Assembly: GCA_040235515.1 (NCBI GenBank)
Contig: JBECKX010000207.1
Location: 1-12,486 of the forward strand
Direction: 5' to 3'
DNA length: 12,486 nt
Origin: Candidatus Zixiibacteriota bacterium
Lineage (GTDB): Bacteria > Zixibacteria > MSB-5A5 > CAIYYT01
Below, piece by piece: positions 1 to 7,600 of this stretch. The stretch's first letter is position 1, and each line of letters starts with the position of its first letter. Under the pieces are notes generated by a model. The model did not search any database and had not been told where the DNA came from. It was given only the letters and a program-made list of their open reading frames with translations. The position numbers were made by a program, and so were the translations under genes.

Positions 1-614
1 GCCTTGACCATGTGCTCGCATCGGGTCGCAACGTCAACGTACTGGTCCTGGATTCCGAGGTCTACTCGAACACCGGTGGCCAGATGTCGAAAGCCACACC
101 GCGTGGTGCGGTGGCGCAGTTTGCCGCAGGCGGCCGTCCTTCGGCCAAGAAAGACCTCGGCCTGGAGATGATGGGTTACGGCAATATTTACATTGCCCGT
201 GTGGCGATGGGAGCCAGCCACAACCAGGCGGTCAAGGCGTTTGCCGAGGCGGAGGCGTACGACGGCCCGTCACTGATTATCGCCTACGCGCACTGTATCG
301 CTCACGGCATCGATATGTCGCACGGACTTGATGAACAGAAGCGCGCGGTCGAGTCGGGCCACTGGGTTATGTTCCGTTACAATCCGATGCTGCGCGAACA
401 GGGCAAGAACCCGTTCCAGCTCGACAGCAAACCGCCGACGATTCCGTTCTCCGAGTTCACCAAGTACGAGAATCGTTTCCGGGCGCTCAAGGCGCGCAAT
501 CCGCAAGCTGCCGAGGAGATGAATGCGCAGGCCCAGCGCGAGATCGAGGAGCGCTTCAAGTACTACGAGCACCTCGCGGCGATGGACTACGCTCAGTTCG
601 TGACGCAGAAGTAG
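1..614 (+). CDS. nifJ: Pyruvate:ferredoxin (flavodoxin) oxidoreductase, C-terminal TPP-binding region (5' truncated)
   Basis: Frame is open from the window edge (LDHVLASG...). Contains DSEVYSNTGGQ, KKDLG, AEAYDGPSLIIAY and HCIAHGI motifs typical of single-chain PFOR. Stop TAG at 612-614. Confidence 0.93.
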   Translation, partial: LDHVLASGRNVNVLVLDSEVYSNTGGQMSKATPRGAVAQFAAGGRPSAKKDLGLEMMGYGNIYIARVAMGASHNQAVKAFAEAEAYDGPSLIIAYAHCIAHGIDMSHGLDEQKRAVESGHWVMFRYNPMLREQGKNPFQLDSKPPTIPFSEFTKYENRFRALKARNPQAAEEMNAQAQREIEERFKYYEHLAAMDYAQFVTQK

Positions 615-682
615 CAGATCAGACAGGGATGCGGTCGGATTCAGCCAAGTGGATTTGATCGGGACCCTTGTCGAGTCATAAT

Positions 683-724
683 AAAGAAGCCGACGGACCA
701 ATTGGACCGTCGGCTTTCTTTTTA
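683..724. terminator. Bidirectional intrinsic terminator between nifJ and the S8 gene
   Basis: Stem AAGCCGACGG (687-696) / CCGTCGGCTT (707-716), T-rich tail on the right and A-rich flank on the left, between convergent genes. Confidence 0.85.
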
Positions 725-731
725 CTGACCA

Positions 732-760
732 GGTAGTGCCACTGCTGGAGCGACACTACC
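732..760 (-). other. 12-bp hairpin in the S8 3' UTR
   Basis: Minus strand reads GGTAGTGTCGCT-CCAGC-AGTGGCACTACC. All 12 positions pair, two of them as G-U pairs that form only on this strand. Lies 14 nt past the stop codon. Confidence 0.6.
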
Positions 761-774
761 ACTATTCAAGTCGA

Positions 775-3700
775 CTACGGACAGCTGGCGCAGGGCGCCG
801 GTCCGCCGCCGAAGATGAAGTTGATGAGATAGACAGCATCCGCGATTGCGATACTGCCGCTACAATCGGCGTCCGCAGCCTCGAGCGGATCGGGAGCCGG
901 ACCGCCACCAAAGATATACTGGATAATCATCACAGCATCCGAGATCGCGACGGCTTCGTTTCCATCGGCATCACCGCACACCCACGGCGGCGGCGGCGGC
1001 AGCACGGTCAAAGTAGCCGGCAGTTCGAGCGAACCGTAGCCGGGGCGCGGATCGTTCGACTTGATAATCACATTCGCGAGATACTCACCAGTATCCAGAT
1101 CGGCGCTGGTGAATGTAAGGGCCACCGTATCGGCTTCGCCGGAGGCAACATCACCGGCTGCCGAGGCAAACTTCAGCCACTGCGTCGGCTTGACGAACTC
1201 GACTGCAAGGTTGGCTTTGATGTAAGCGGCGTTCTGAGCTACCAGCAAGCCAATACTGGCGTCCTGGTTTTCGATACCGACAGTATTGCCGAGTTTGTCG
1301 AACCCGATTCCCATTGCCTGATACTGAATTTTGATGCCACCATTCTGGCGCAAGATCACCTGTGCGGTGATCACATCACCCGGATTGCTGGCTGATTCGT
1401 ACTCAGGATAGTTGATGAAGGAGATAACCAGTTCTCCGCCGACAACTTCGTAGAGCACCTTGCCGCCCGGATTGTCTGCGTCGGTGATGTTGAGATCATC
1501 CCAACACCAGGCGATGATGTTATCCGGGTCGGTGGCGCTTGGAATCGAGGTATTGTTGTATTCATCCAGCTCGGTTGTGGGTCCGAACCCAATGATACCG
1601 TTCGAACCGATGTAGAATTCGGTGTAGGTCTGGTCATAGAACGGGAATCCGAATCCGATCGGGAACGGACCGATGTAGTTGTCATCATCGAGCCCGGCGG
1701 TTATGTCGGTGCCGGTGCCGCTGATGTCGATCCAGTTGAAGGTCGGGCCGCCCGGCTCATCGGAATCGATCCAGATGTAGCCATAGCTGTCGGGACCGCC
1801 CGCGTTATGCACGACTTCCGCACCGCGATAGGTGTCAACTGCGCCCTTCGGGAGATCGAAGTTCGGCATCACCTTGCCATCCTCGGCAACCTGATAGGTA
1901 GCGGGGTTGACTTCACCATTCGCCTGCAACTGCTCAAAGAGGGTCATCATGGTGCTCTTCGAGAGGTCAGGCACGAAGGAGAGGGTGTAGGCGAGACCGC
2001 CCTGTCCGTTATTCTCGATGATCAGTTCACCGTCGGTGGAATCACTCTGCGGCAGCGCTACATCGAATGATCCGGGATTCGTGAAGATTTCCGGACCGAA
2101 GTCGATGCGGATATCATCCACAAACCAGTCATCGCTCGCACCGGTCGAGGCAGTGTTTCTGAACCTGAGGCGGAAGGCGGAATGGTAAGCGTCAGCAGGG
2201 AGACCCATGGTCACCAACTGGAATTGGCTCATGTCGGGCTCAACACCGTTGTGACGGTTCAACTCTGCCCACTGCCCCTGGTCATTGAAGTACTCGATGA
2301 TGAGATCATCGCCGGCATCCGGAGATTCACCACCACCGGTCTGCTCGTAGTAGTAGGAGAGATTCACGCCGGAGACAACTTCAAGGTCAATCGCCTGTGA
2401 GACCAGCGAATCGGTGCCGCTCGGTGAGCCGTTGAAGCGTGCCGCATAAGGCTCGCTCGGTTCGGCCAATCCGACACCATCGATTGTCGTGCCGGTGGTG
2501 ATAATCCAGTTGGCGCCATCGAAGCTGGTATTCGGGAATGTATCCACAAACGGAAGCGGAACCGGTTGTCCCGCTGATATTGTCTGAATCGGTGCCGAAG
2601 CTGTTACACCCAGGTCGGCAACGGACTCGACTGTAAGAACGCAATTGTCAAGATCACCATAGTTGCTGGCGGGCACAACTACGACTACGTTAAGATCGAA
2701 GGTAGCATCCGCAGCAAGTGTTCCCGTCGAGGAAATGACACTTGTGCCGGAAGCGTCCATTATGACCGTTGGCCAGGAATTGCCTGAGACGCTAAGATTG
2801 TATGAATCACTCAGGGTACCATCATTGGTGACTGTGAATGGGTAGAATACGGAGTCAGCCACTGCGCCTGAATTGGAGGCAGATGCGGGCGACAGCAACA
2901 CGGCATAGTCGATCACGCTGAAGAAGAAGACCTCTGTGGTGTCGGCGTCACCGCTGTCGTCGTGCGCTTCGAGATAGTACTGAATATCGGTTCCGGGAGA
3001 CTGAGCCGGAATCGAGCTGCTGTACTCATCCGGATTTCCAGTGGCAGTCAGCAAGTTCTGGACGAAACCACTACCAACATCATAGTAGAGGAAGAGTGAA
3101 TCGGGATCGAGAGTCTCTTCGGTGATGATTTCGCAAACGACCGGATACGGATTCACTGTCTCTTTGGTGTTGGCGAGCGGCTCGTGAGTAATGGTCACCC
3201 CGCACGGGTAGGCCAGCACCAACTGCAAGCTGTTGTAGAGATTGAGTCGACCACCGGTGACCGTAATTCCGGCCAATGAAGCATTCGGGTCGGTGCCGTC
3301 CAGGATGATATCTTTCATGATCAACGCGGCAGCGCCGGGATCATCTTTATACAATTGCAACAGAGCAGGACAGGCTGCAGACCACATGAGTGCGATTGCC
3401 CCTGTCACCTGAGGGGTTGCCATCGATGTGCCTGTATTAGTGCCGTAGCTTGATCCCGGCAGAGTCGAGAGCACTGAGGTTCCCGGTGCACCGAGATCAA
3501 TTGTCGTGGCGCCATAGGCAGCGCCGCTGTTCTTATTGTCGTTGCGATCGGTGTTGGTGACTGAAATCAACCAGTCACTCGGGCAGGCGGTTGGCACGTC
3601 GCCCTGGGTATCGATGTTGATATTGAGGTTTGCGGTAGCCGCGCAATTGAGAATACCTTGTGCGCCCATCGAGTCATACATGGCGCACCAGATCGGAAAG

Positions 3701-4638
3701 TCGGCCGGGTCACCGAAGTCGACACCGAAGGATGAGTTGGCGGAAACGATGAAGGCGCCGGCTGCGCCGTCGGTCTCGTTGTAACGTGTACGCATTTCGA
3801 GCATGTAGCCGTAGGCCTCAACAACGATTGACTCGGTACCGGAAGAACCTGCAATCGGCAGGACCTTCGCGCCCCAGTTGTTACCGGCAACACCAAGATT
3901 GTTGTTACCGTGCGCGGCAGCAATACCTGACACATGTGTGCCATGGCTGTTGCTTGGCACGGAACCATCGCTGGAGTAAGCATCCCAGCCATCATAGTCG
4001 TCGATGTAACCGTTGCCATCGTCATCAATGCCGTTGCCTGGGGTCTCAAGCTCGTTTTTCCAAAAGACCAGATCGGCATGGTTGAGGTCCACGCCGCCAT
4101 CAACGATGCATACTACGATCTCCTGACCATCCAGCGTCATACCGCCGGTGGCTATATCCCAGGCCTCAGGAGCATCAATGTCAGCGTCAACAGTTCCTCC
4201 CGATTGGCCGGTGTTGTTCTTGTCCCACTGCTCGTTGAAACGTGGATCATTCGGGATTGTGGAACGCATCGAGACATGGTGGTTAAGCTGTGCCAGCAGT
4301 ACCTGCGGCTGTGCCTGAACCAGCTGCAACGCCTGCTCTGCCTCAAAGCGGCCGGTGCTCTCGGAGTCATACTCGAAAAGCCAAACATTGGCGCGAGCGC
4401 TCAGGAGCTTGACGGCGTGCATGCCGGGCAGGTTGATGTTGCCCGCAATAGATTTGGCATCAGCCCCGCGTTCGACCTGGACGATGAGTTGTCCCGGCTC
4501 GAATGTGGGCTGGGGCGTCGTTTGTGCCTGCACAGGTAAGCCGAGCAGGGCGCAGCTCATGCCGATGAGTAGCAAGAGCGCGAGCGGTTTCTGGATTGGT
4601 TTTAAAAAGTGCGTAAACCGTGTCATTCTACACTGCAT
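775..4638 (-). CDS. Secreted multidomain S8 (subtilisin-like) serine peptidase with C-terminal dockerin-like domain
   Basis: Signal peptide (LALLLLIGMSCALLGLPVQA) and prodomain. Catalytic motifs IVDGG (Asp), HGTHVSG (His), ATAN (oxyanion Asn), GTSMATP (Ser). Ig-like and jelly-roll-like modules follow, then a duplicated DxDxxxxxxxxD dockerin. AAGGAG RBS 7 nt before the ATG. Confidence 0.93.
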   Translation of the reverse strand: MQCRMTRFTHFLKPIQKPLALLLLIGMSCALLGLPVQAQTTPQPTFEPGQLIVQVERGADAKSIAGNINLPGMHAVKLLSARANVWLFEYDSESTGRFEAEQALQLVQAQPQVLLAQLNHHVSMRSTIPNDPRFNEQWDKNNTGQSGGTVDADIDAPEAWDIATGGMTLDGQEIVVCIVDGGVDLNHADLVFWKNELETPGNGIDDDGNGYIDDYDGWDAYSSDGSVPSNSHGTHVSGIAAAHGNNNLGVAGNNWGAKVLPIAGSSGTESIVVEAYGYMLEMRTRYNETDGAAGAFIVSANSSFGVDFGDPADFPIWCAMYDSMGAQGILNCAATANLNINIDTQGDVPTACPSDWLISVTNTDRNDNKNSGAAYGATTIDLGAPGTSVLSTLPGSSYGTNTGTSMATPQVTGAIALMWSAACPALLQLYKDDPGAAALIMKDIILDGTDPNASLAGITVTGGRLNLYNSLQLVLAYPCGVTITHEPLANTKETVNPYPVVCEIITEETLDPDSLFLYYDVGSGFVQNLLTATGNPDEYSSSIPAQSPGTDIQYYLEAHDDSGDADTTEVFFFSVIDYAVLLSPASASNSGAVADSVFYPFTVTNDGTLSDSYNLSVSGNSWPTVIMDASGTSVISSTGTLAADATFDLNVVVVVPASNYGDLDNCVLTVESVADLGVTASAPIQTISAGQPVPLPFVDTFPNTSFDGANWIITTGTTIDGVGLAEPSEPYAARFNGSPSGTDSLVSQAIDLEVVSGVNLSYYYEQTGGGESPDAGDDLIIEYFNDQGQWAELNRHNGVEPDMSQFQLVTMGLPADAYHSAFRLRFRNTASTGASDDWFVDDIRIDFGPEIFTNPGSFDVALPQSDSTDGELIIENNGQGGLAYTLSFVPDLSKSTMMTLFEQLQANGEVNPATYQVAEDGKVMPNFDLPKGAVDTYRGAEVVHNAGGPDSYGYIWIDSDEPGGPTFNWIDISGTGTDITAGLDDDNYIGPFPIGFGFPFYDQTYTEFYIGSNGIIGFGPTTELDEYNNTSIPSATDPDNIIAWCWDDLNITDADNPGGKVLYEVVGGELVISFINYPEYESASNPGDVITAQVILRQNGGIKIQYQAMGIGFDKLGNTVGIENQDASIGLLVAQNAAYIKANLAVEFVKPTQWLKFASAAGDVASGEADTVALTFTSADLDTGEYLANVIIKSNDPRPGYGSLELPATLTVLPPPPPWVCGDADGNEAVAISDAVMIIQYIFGGGPAPDPLEAADADCSGSIAIADAVYLINFIFGGGPAPCASCP
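778..978 (-). other. Dockerin-like C-terminal module, copy 1 (67 aa)
   Basis: CGDADGNEAVAISDAVMIIQYIFGGGPAP...DADCSGSIAIADAVYLINFIFGGGPAPCASCP: two Ca-loop/helix repeats. Confidence 0.85.
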
Positions 4639-4791
4639 CGGGTGCTCCTTGAAGTGTATAAGGATTGTGGAGTGAAACGAGAAATATTCAACTCTTCATA
4701 AAGTATGTTATTGTTCTGTAGTATGTTGGAAGGCGACCGGCGGCTCCAAAACGTCGCCAAATCGGTATCCGTAAATCAATACAGCAAATTC

Positions 4792-4819
4792 AATATAGCC
4801 TGTAAAACGGGGGTGTCAA
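4792..4819 (-). promoter_or_regulatory. Sigma70-type promoter for the S8 gene
   Basis: Minus strand TTGACA (4819-4814), 16-nt spacer, TATATT (4797-4792), about 150 nt upstream of the start codon. Confidence 0.65.
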
Positions 4820-4971
4820 CCGATAAGATGATTTGAATCCGGGAGATAAGGTGTTGAGACAAATAGGCTTAAGGGGTGCGCTGCAGTCGTCTTCCTGGGA
4901 GCGGCCTGAGGTGCCAGAATATCACTTTCTAACGCGAGATGAATCTCGTGTCGCGAACGATGATTGAGCTA

Positions 4972-5000
4972 GCAGGTCGGAACCCCCGCGGTTCCGACTT
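4972..5000 (+). repeat. REP-like hairpin, left copy
   Basis: GCAG-GTCGGAACC-cccgc-GGTTCCGAC-TT: perfect 9-bp stem with a 5-nt loop. Confidence 0.8.
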
Positions 5001-5014
5001 TTAGATCAGTCACC

Positions 5015-5518
5015 TCACTCACCAGACTCTCCTGCAAACCTAGGTTTGTCGATGATCCCCCAATCAGGTAGATACTGGCCCTGTTGTAATAGCTGTCGAA
5101 AAGAAGAAAATCTCCATTCACTCGGCGCATGAGCATGTCCGTGCTTTACCGGATTGAAATGCATGTAGTCAAGGTGATTGCTCATATCATGCTCATCACG
5201 AATTATGTGATCCCAATAGCGATTCTGCACGGTGCGGCCAGAACATCTGCCATTACGTTTCAATTAGGTCATTGCAAACGTAAGTTTGATTCGCTTCATA
5301 AGACCGGCCACCTCATTATCACGTGGGTTTATGATACAGAGCCGATGGTCAGGGAGAATTACCCAAACGATCAATTCAAAGCAGCTCGAAAGCTAATGCT
5401 TACGGATCGACTTCAAAAGCAAGTCTGTATGGTCTCTGAGTATCTTGATTCGACCATAAGTCACGTCAGTTAGCAAATAGGCATTTCCCTCTTTGAAATA
5501 TCGGCGAACATTGCGCAT
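5015..5518 (-). pseudogene. REP-associated tyrosine transposase (RAYT, Y1 HUH) pseudogene
   Basis: One frame from ATG 5518: MRNVRRYFKEGNAYLLTDVTYGR...VWVILPDHRLCII...MKRIK...VQNRYWDHIIRDEHDMSNHLDYMHFNPVKHG...WRFSSF. In-frame stops TAG (5395-5393) and TAA (5266-5264). HUH motif reads H-R-L. Confidence 0.88.
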
Positions 5519-5572
5519 GCCAATTGAGTAATTCGGAACGAATGGGAGTCAATCACATTATTGAGATGCCAG

Positions 5573-5601
5573 AAGTCGGAACCAGAGGGGTTCCGACCTG
5601 C
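5573..5601 (-). repeat. REP-like hairpin, right copy (inverted)
   Basis: Minus strand GCAG-GTCGGAACC-cctct-GGTTCCGAC-TT. 26/29 identical to the left copy, with all three differences in the loop. Confidence 0.8.
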
Positions 5602-5605
5602 GCTA

Positions 5606-7384
5606 CTACAAACACCCCGCGCATGGATTGGGATTGAGGCCGAAGACGTAGTTGACCAGATAGACTGCATCGGTAATATCGACCAGTCCTGAGCAGTCGC
5701 AGTCGGCGGCCTCATAATTGACCGGTGCGGGTCCACCGGCGAAGATATAATTCACGACAAAGACTGCATCACCAAGGGTGACGATGTTGTCATTATCGGC
5801 ATCACCACACTTGAATGGCGGTTCGACGACGTCAATGCGATACGCGAGCGTGTCGGCCTCCTGCGGCGTGCCTGAGTCTCGCAGTACGATCGTGAAGAAA
5901 TATGACGCGGGATATCCGGGAGTCCCATAAATGCGCCCGACATCCCCACCCTCGAAGTTGCAGCCGAACGGAATATCGCCGCCCAGCACAATCCAATCGT
6001 AGGGAGCCTCACCATTTATCCCCTCAAGCTGATAGTTGATCGGAACGCCAAGGTAAGCATCGGGGAACGAGTAGGTCACGATATGCAGCATGCCGTCGCA
6101 CTTATCCCCTACCCCGTCTGAGTTCTTATCTTTCTGCAGTGGGTTGTAGACATCGGGGCAGTTGTCGCAGACATCGCCTATCCCGTCGCTGTCGACATCC
6201 TGCTGATCGGCGTTGGCCATATCAGGACAGTTGTCATCAACCGGACAGGGATAGCCGCTATAGCCGGGGTCCCCTACTCCATCGAAATCGCTGTCGACGC
6301 AATCATCGCAGGCGTCCCCGACAAAATCGTGGTCGACATCCGCCTGATCGGCGTTTGCGAGACTAACGCAGTTATCGCAGAGGTCGCTCCAGCCATCGCC
6401 GTCGCCATCCGCCCCACCGGTACAGGTCCAGCTAGCGAGCTTATCGTTGAGCCAGCAATGCATGCGGCCGCGCTGCTGAACCGAGAACCTGCTCCAGCAG
6501 CCGTCGCCGGAGTATCCCATAAAGTTGTCACGGTCGGTCGGCGCCCAGGGCATATCATTGGTGCAGGGATCATTCGTGGTGACCTCCTGGCACGAATTAT
6601 TCGTCGGTGTCGGTGCGGTGTCGGCGCAGAAATCGCCGGTTATGTCGCCATCGGTGCCATCCGCTTTCTCATAGCAATCCCCGCAGGCATCGACTTCACT
6701 CACACCATGAAAAGTATGCCACAGTCCGAGGCAGTGCCCTACTTCATGGCTAAGTGTACTTGATGTTCCGCTGAAGTGCGGTACAGTCATGACAATACCG
6801 CCGCGATTGGTCAGCGCCCTGCCATCCCAGGGAAAGGTGCCAAAAGAGTAGCTACCCTCCATGAAAGTCACCCAGACATTCAACTGAACATCGGGATTGA
6901 TGGCATAGAGGTCTTTCATCGCGTTGATTTCCGAGTCGGCCAGTGAGCGGTAGCGGCTATCATCGACGTAGCGCCAATCATAGCTGAATTCGATCTTAAC
7001 CGGCGCGTAATCACGATTGAGTTCACTGACGATATTGGTGATCGTTTGCGGAGTGGTCGCCGGGTTGGAACCGTCATCATTGCGCAACACGTGGATCATC
7101 AGATGGATATGAGTAAACTCATCTGCGGCTCCCGGAATCCAGCTGTTGCGGGTCGCCGGGTCATCGCACATGCCACGTTGTGGGCAGGCAGCGGTTGACT
7201 TATAGATACCGCTTTCATCCTCGTGTTCGAGGAAGTTTTGCATCGTATGACACCAATCACCACTCGTCTGAGCCGGGAGTGGGTGAGAGGTCAGGAATAG
7301 CGAAGCGAGCATGGCCACGATCAGAGTGGTTCTGAAGAGTGGATTGGAACGGAGAGTTTTACCGGGTATGCGATGAGCTTTCAA
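5606..7384 (-). CDS. Secreted M43 (pappalysin/ulilysin-like) zinc metalloprotease with TSP3 repeats, Ig-like domain and dockerin-like domain
   Basis: [13 protein letters not shown] metzincin motif, FCADT, Met-turn DNFMGYS, N-terminal signal peptide, DxDxDGxGDxCDNC repeats. TTG 7384 is preferred as start (GGAG 9 nt upstream); the ORF track starts at TTG 7399. Confidence 0.88.
   Translation of the reverse strand: MKAHRIPGKTLRSNPLFRTTLIVAMLASLFLTSHPLPAQTSGDWCHTMQNFLEHEDESGIYKSTAACPQRGMCDDPATRNSWIPGAADEFTHIHLMIHVLRNDDGSNPATTPQTITNIVSELNRDYAPVKIEFSYDWRYVDDSRYRSLADSEINAMKDLYAINPDVQLNVWVTFMEGSYSFGTFPWDGRALTNRGGIVMTVPHFSGTSSTLSHEVGHCLGLWHTFHGVSEVDACGDCYEKADGTDGDITGDFCADTAPTPTNNSCQEVTTNDPCTNDMPWAPTDRDNFMGYSGDGCWSRFSVQQRGRMHCWLNDKLASWTCTGGADGDGDGWSDLCDNCVSLANADQADVDHDFVGDACDDCVDSDFDGVGDPGYSGYPCPVDDNCPDMANADQQDVDSDGIGDVCDNCPDVYNPLQKDKNSDGVGDKCDGMLHIVTYSFPDAYLGVPINYQLEGINGEAPYDWIVLGGDIPFGCNFEGGDVGRIYGTPGYPASYFFTIVLRDSGTPQEADTLAYRIDVVEPPFKCGDADNDNIVTLGDAVFVVNYIFAGGPAPVNYEAADCDCSGLVDITDAVYLVNYVFGLNPNPCAGCL
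5609..5809 (-). other. Dockerin-like C-terminal module, copy 2 (67 aa)
   Basis: [29 protein letters not shown]...[32 protein letters not shown]. Confidence 0.85.
6095..6409 (-). repeat. Thrombospondin type 3-like calcium-binding repeats within the M43 gene
   Basis: Repeated DxDxDGxGDxCD and DNCPxxxNxDQxD units. Confidence 0.85.
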
Positions 7385-7535
7385 GAGAGTGATCTCCAAA
7401 AAGAAGCGCGTTGGACGCCAGATTTGTAGTAATCGCCCGAATTGACGGAAGGCGCCGGTGGATATCTTCCGCTGCGCACGCTTTCAGATTTCGAGCGGGC
7501 TTGTATTGCCCCGACAATATAATCCTAATGTCGGC

Positions 7536-7563
7536 AAATTACTGCAATTCTTGGTAGTGTCAA
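7536..7563 (-). promoter_or_regulatory. Sigma70-type promoter for the M43 gene
   Basis: Minus strand TTGACA (7563-7558), 16-nt spacer, TAATTT (7541-7536). Confidence 0.55.
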
Positions 7564-7600
7564 GACGATTCGCGACGCTGCCAACGCGGTAGAATGGGGG

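Larger units (their letters stand above)
4972..5601. mobile_element. Degenerate REP-RAYT (IS200/IS605 superfamily, TnpA-REP) unit
   Basis: RAYT-like pseudogene bracketed by two inverted 29-bp hairpin repeats. Visibly AT-richer than the flanking genes. Confidence 0.75.

Noticed and set aside
736..1395. 219-aa plus-strand ORF resembling the 10897-11304 ORF (shared EDEVxxxxxI and AIGIT)
   Set aside because: Both are antisense shadows of the dockerin-coding regions. Their similarity follows from the real minus-strand genes.
4847..4951. Weak palindromes TAAG-N17-CTTA (4847-4871) and ACGCGAGA-TGAA-TCTCGTGT (4932-4951)
   Set aside because: Too short or imperfect to assign as a dif/att site or terminator without comparative data.
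5264..5395. Stop-codon recoding or readthrough in RAYT
   Set aside because: Two different stops (TAG and TAA) plus a broken HUH motif indicate decay. TAG and TGA terminate other genes normally here.
5129..5473. 114-aa plus-strand ORF in the AT-rich gap
   Set aside because: Antisense to the RAYT pseudogene, which carries the family motifs.
6095..6409. CRISPR-like or tandem DNA repeat
   Set aside because: The repeats are degenerate at DNA level and explained by TSP3 protein repeats. No cas genes are present.
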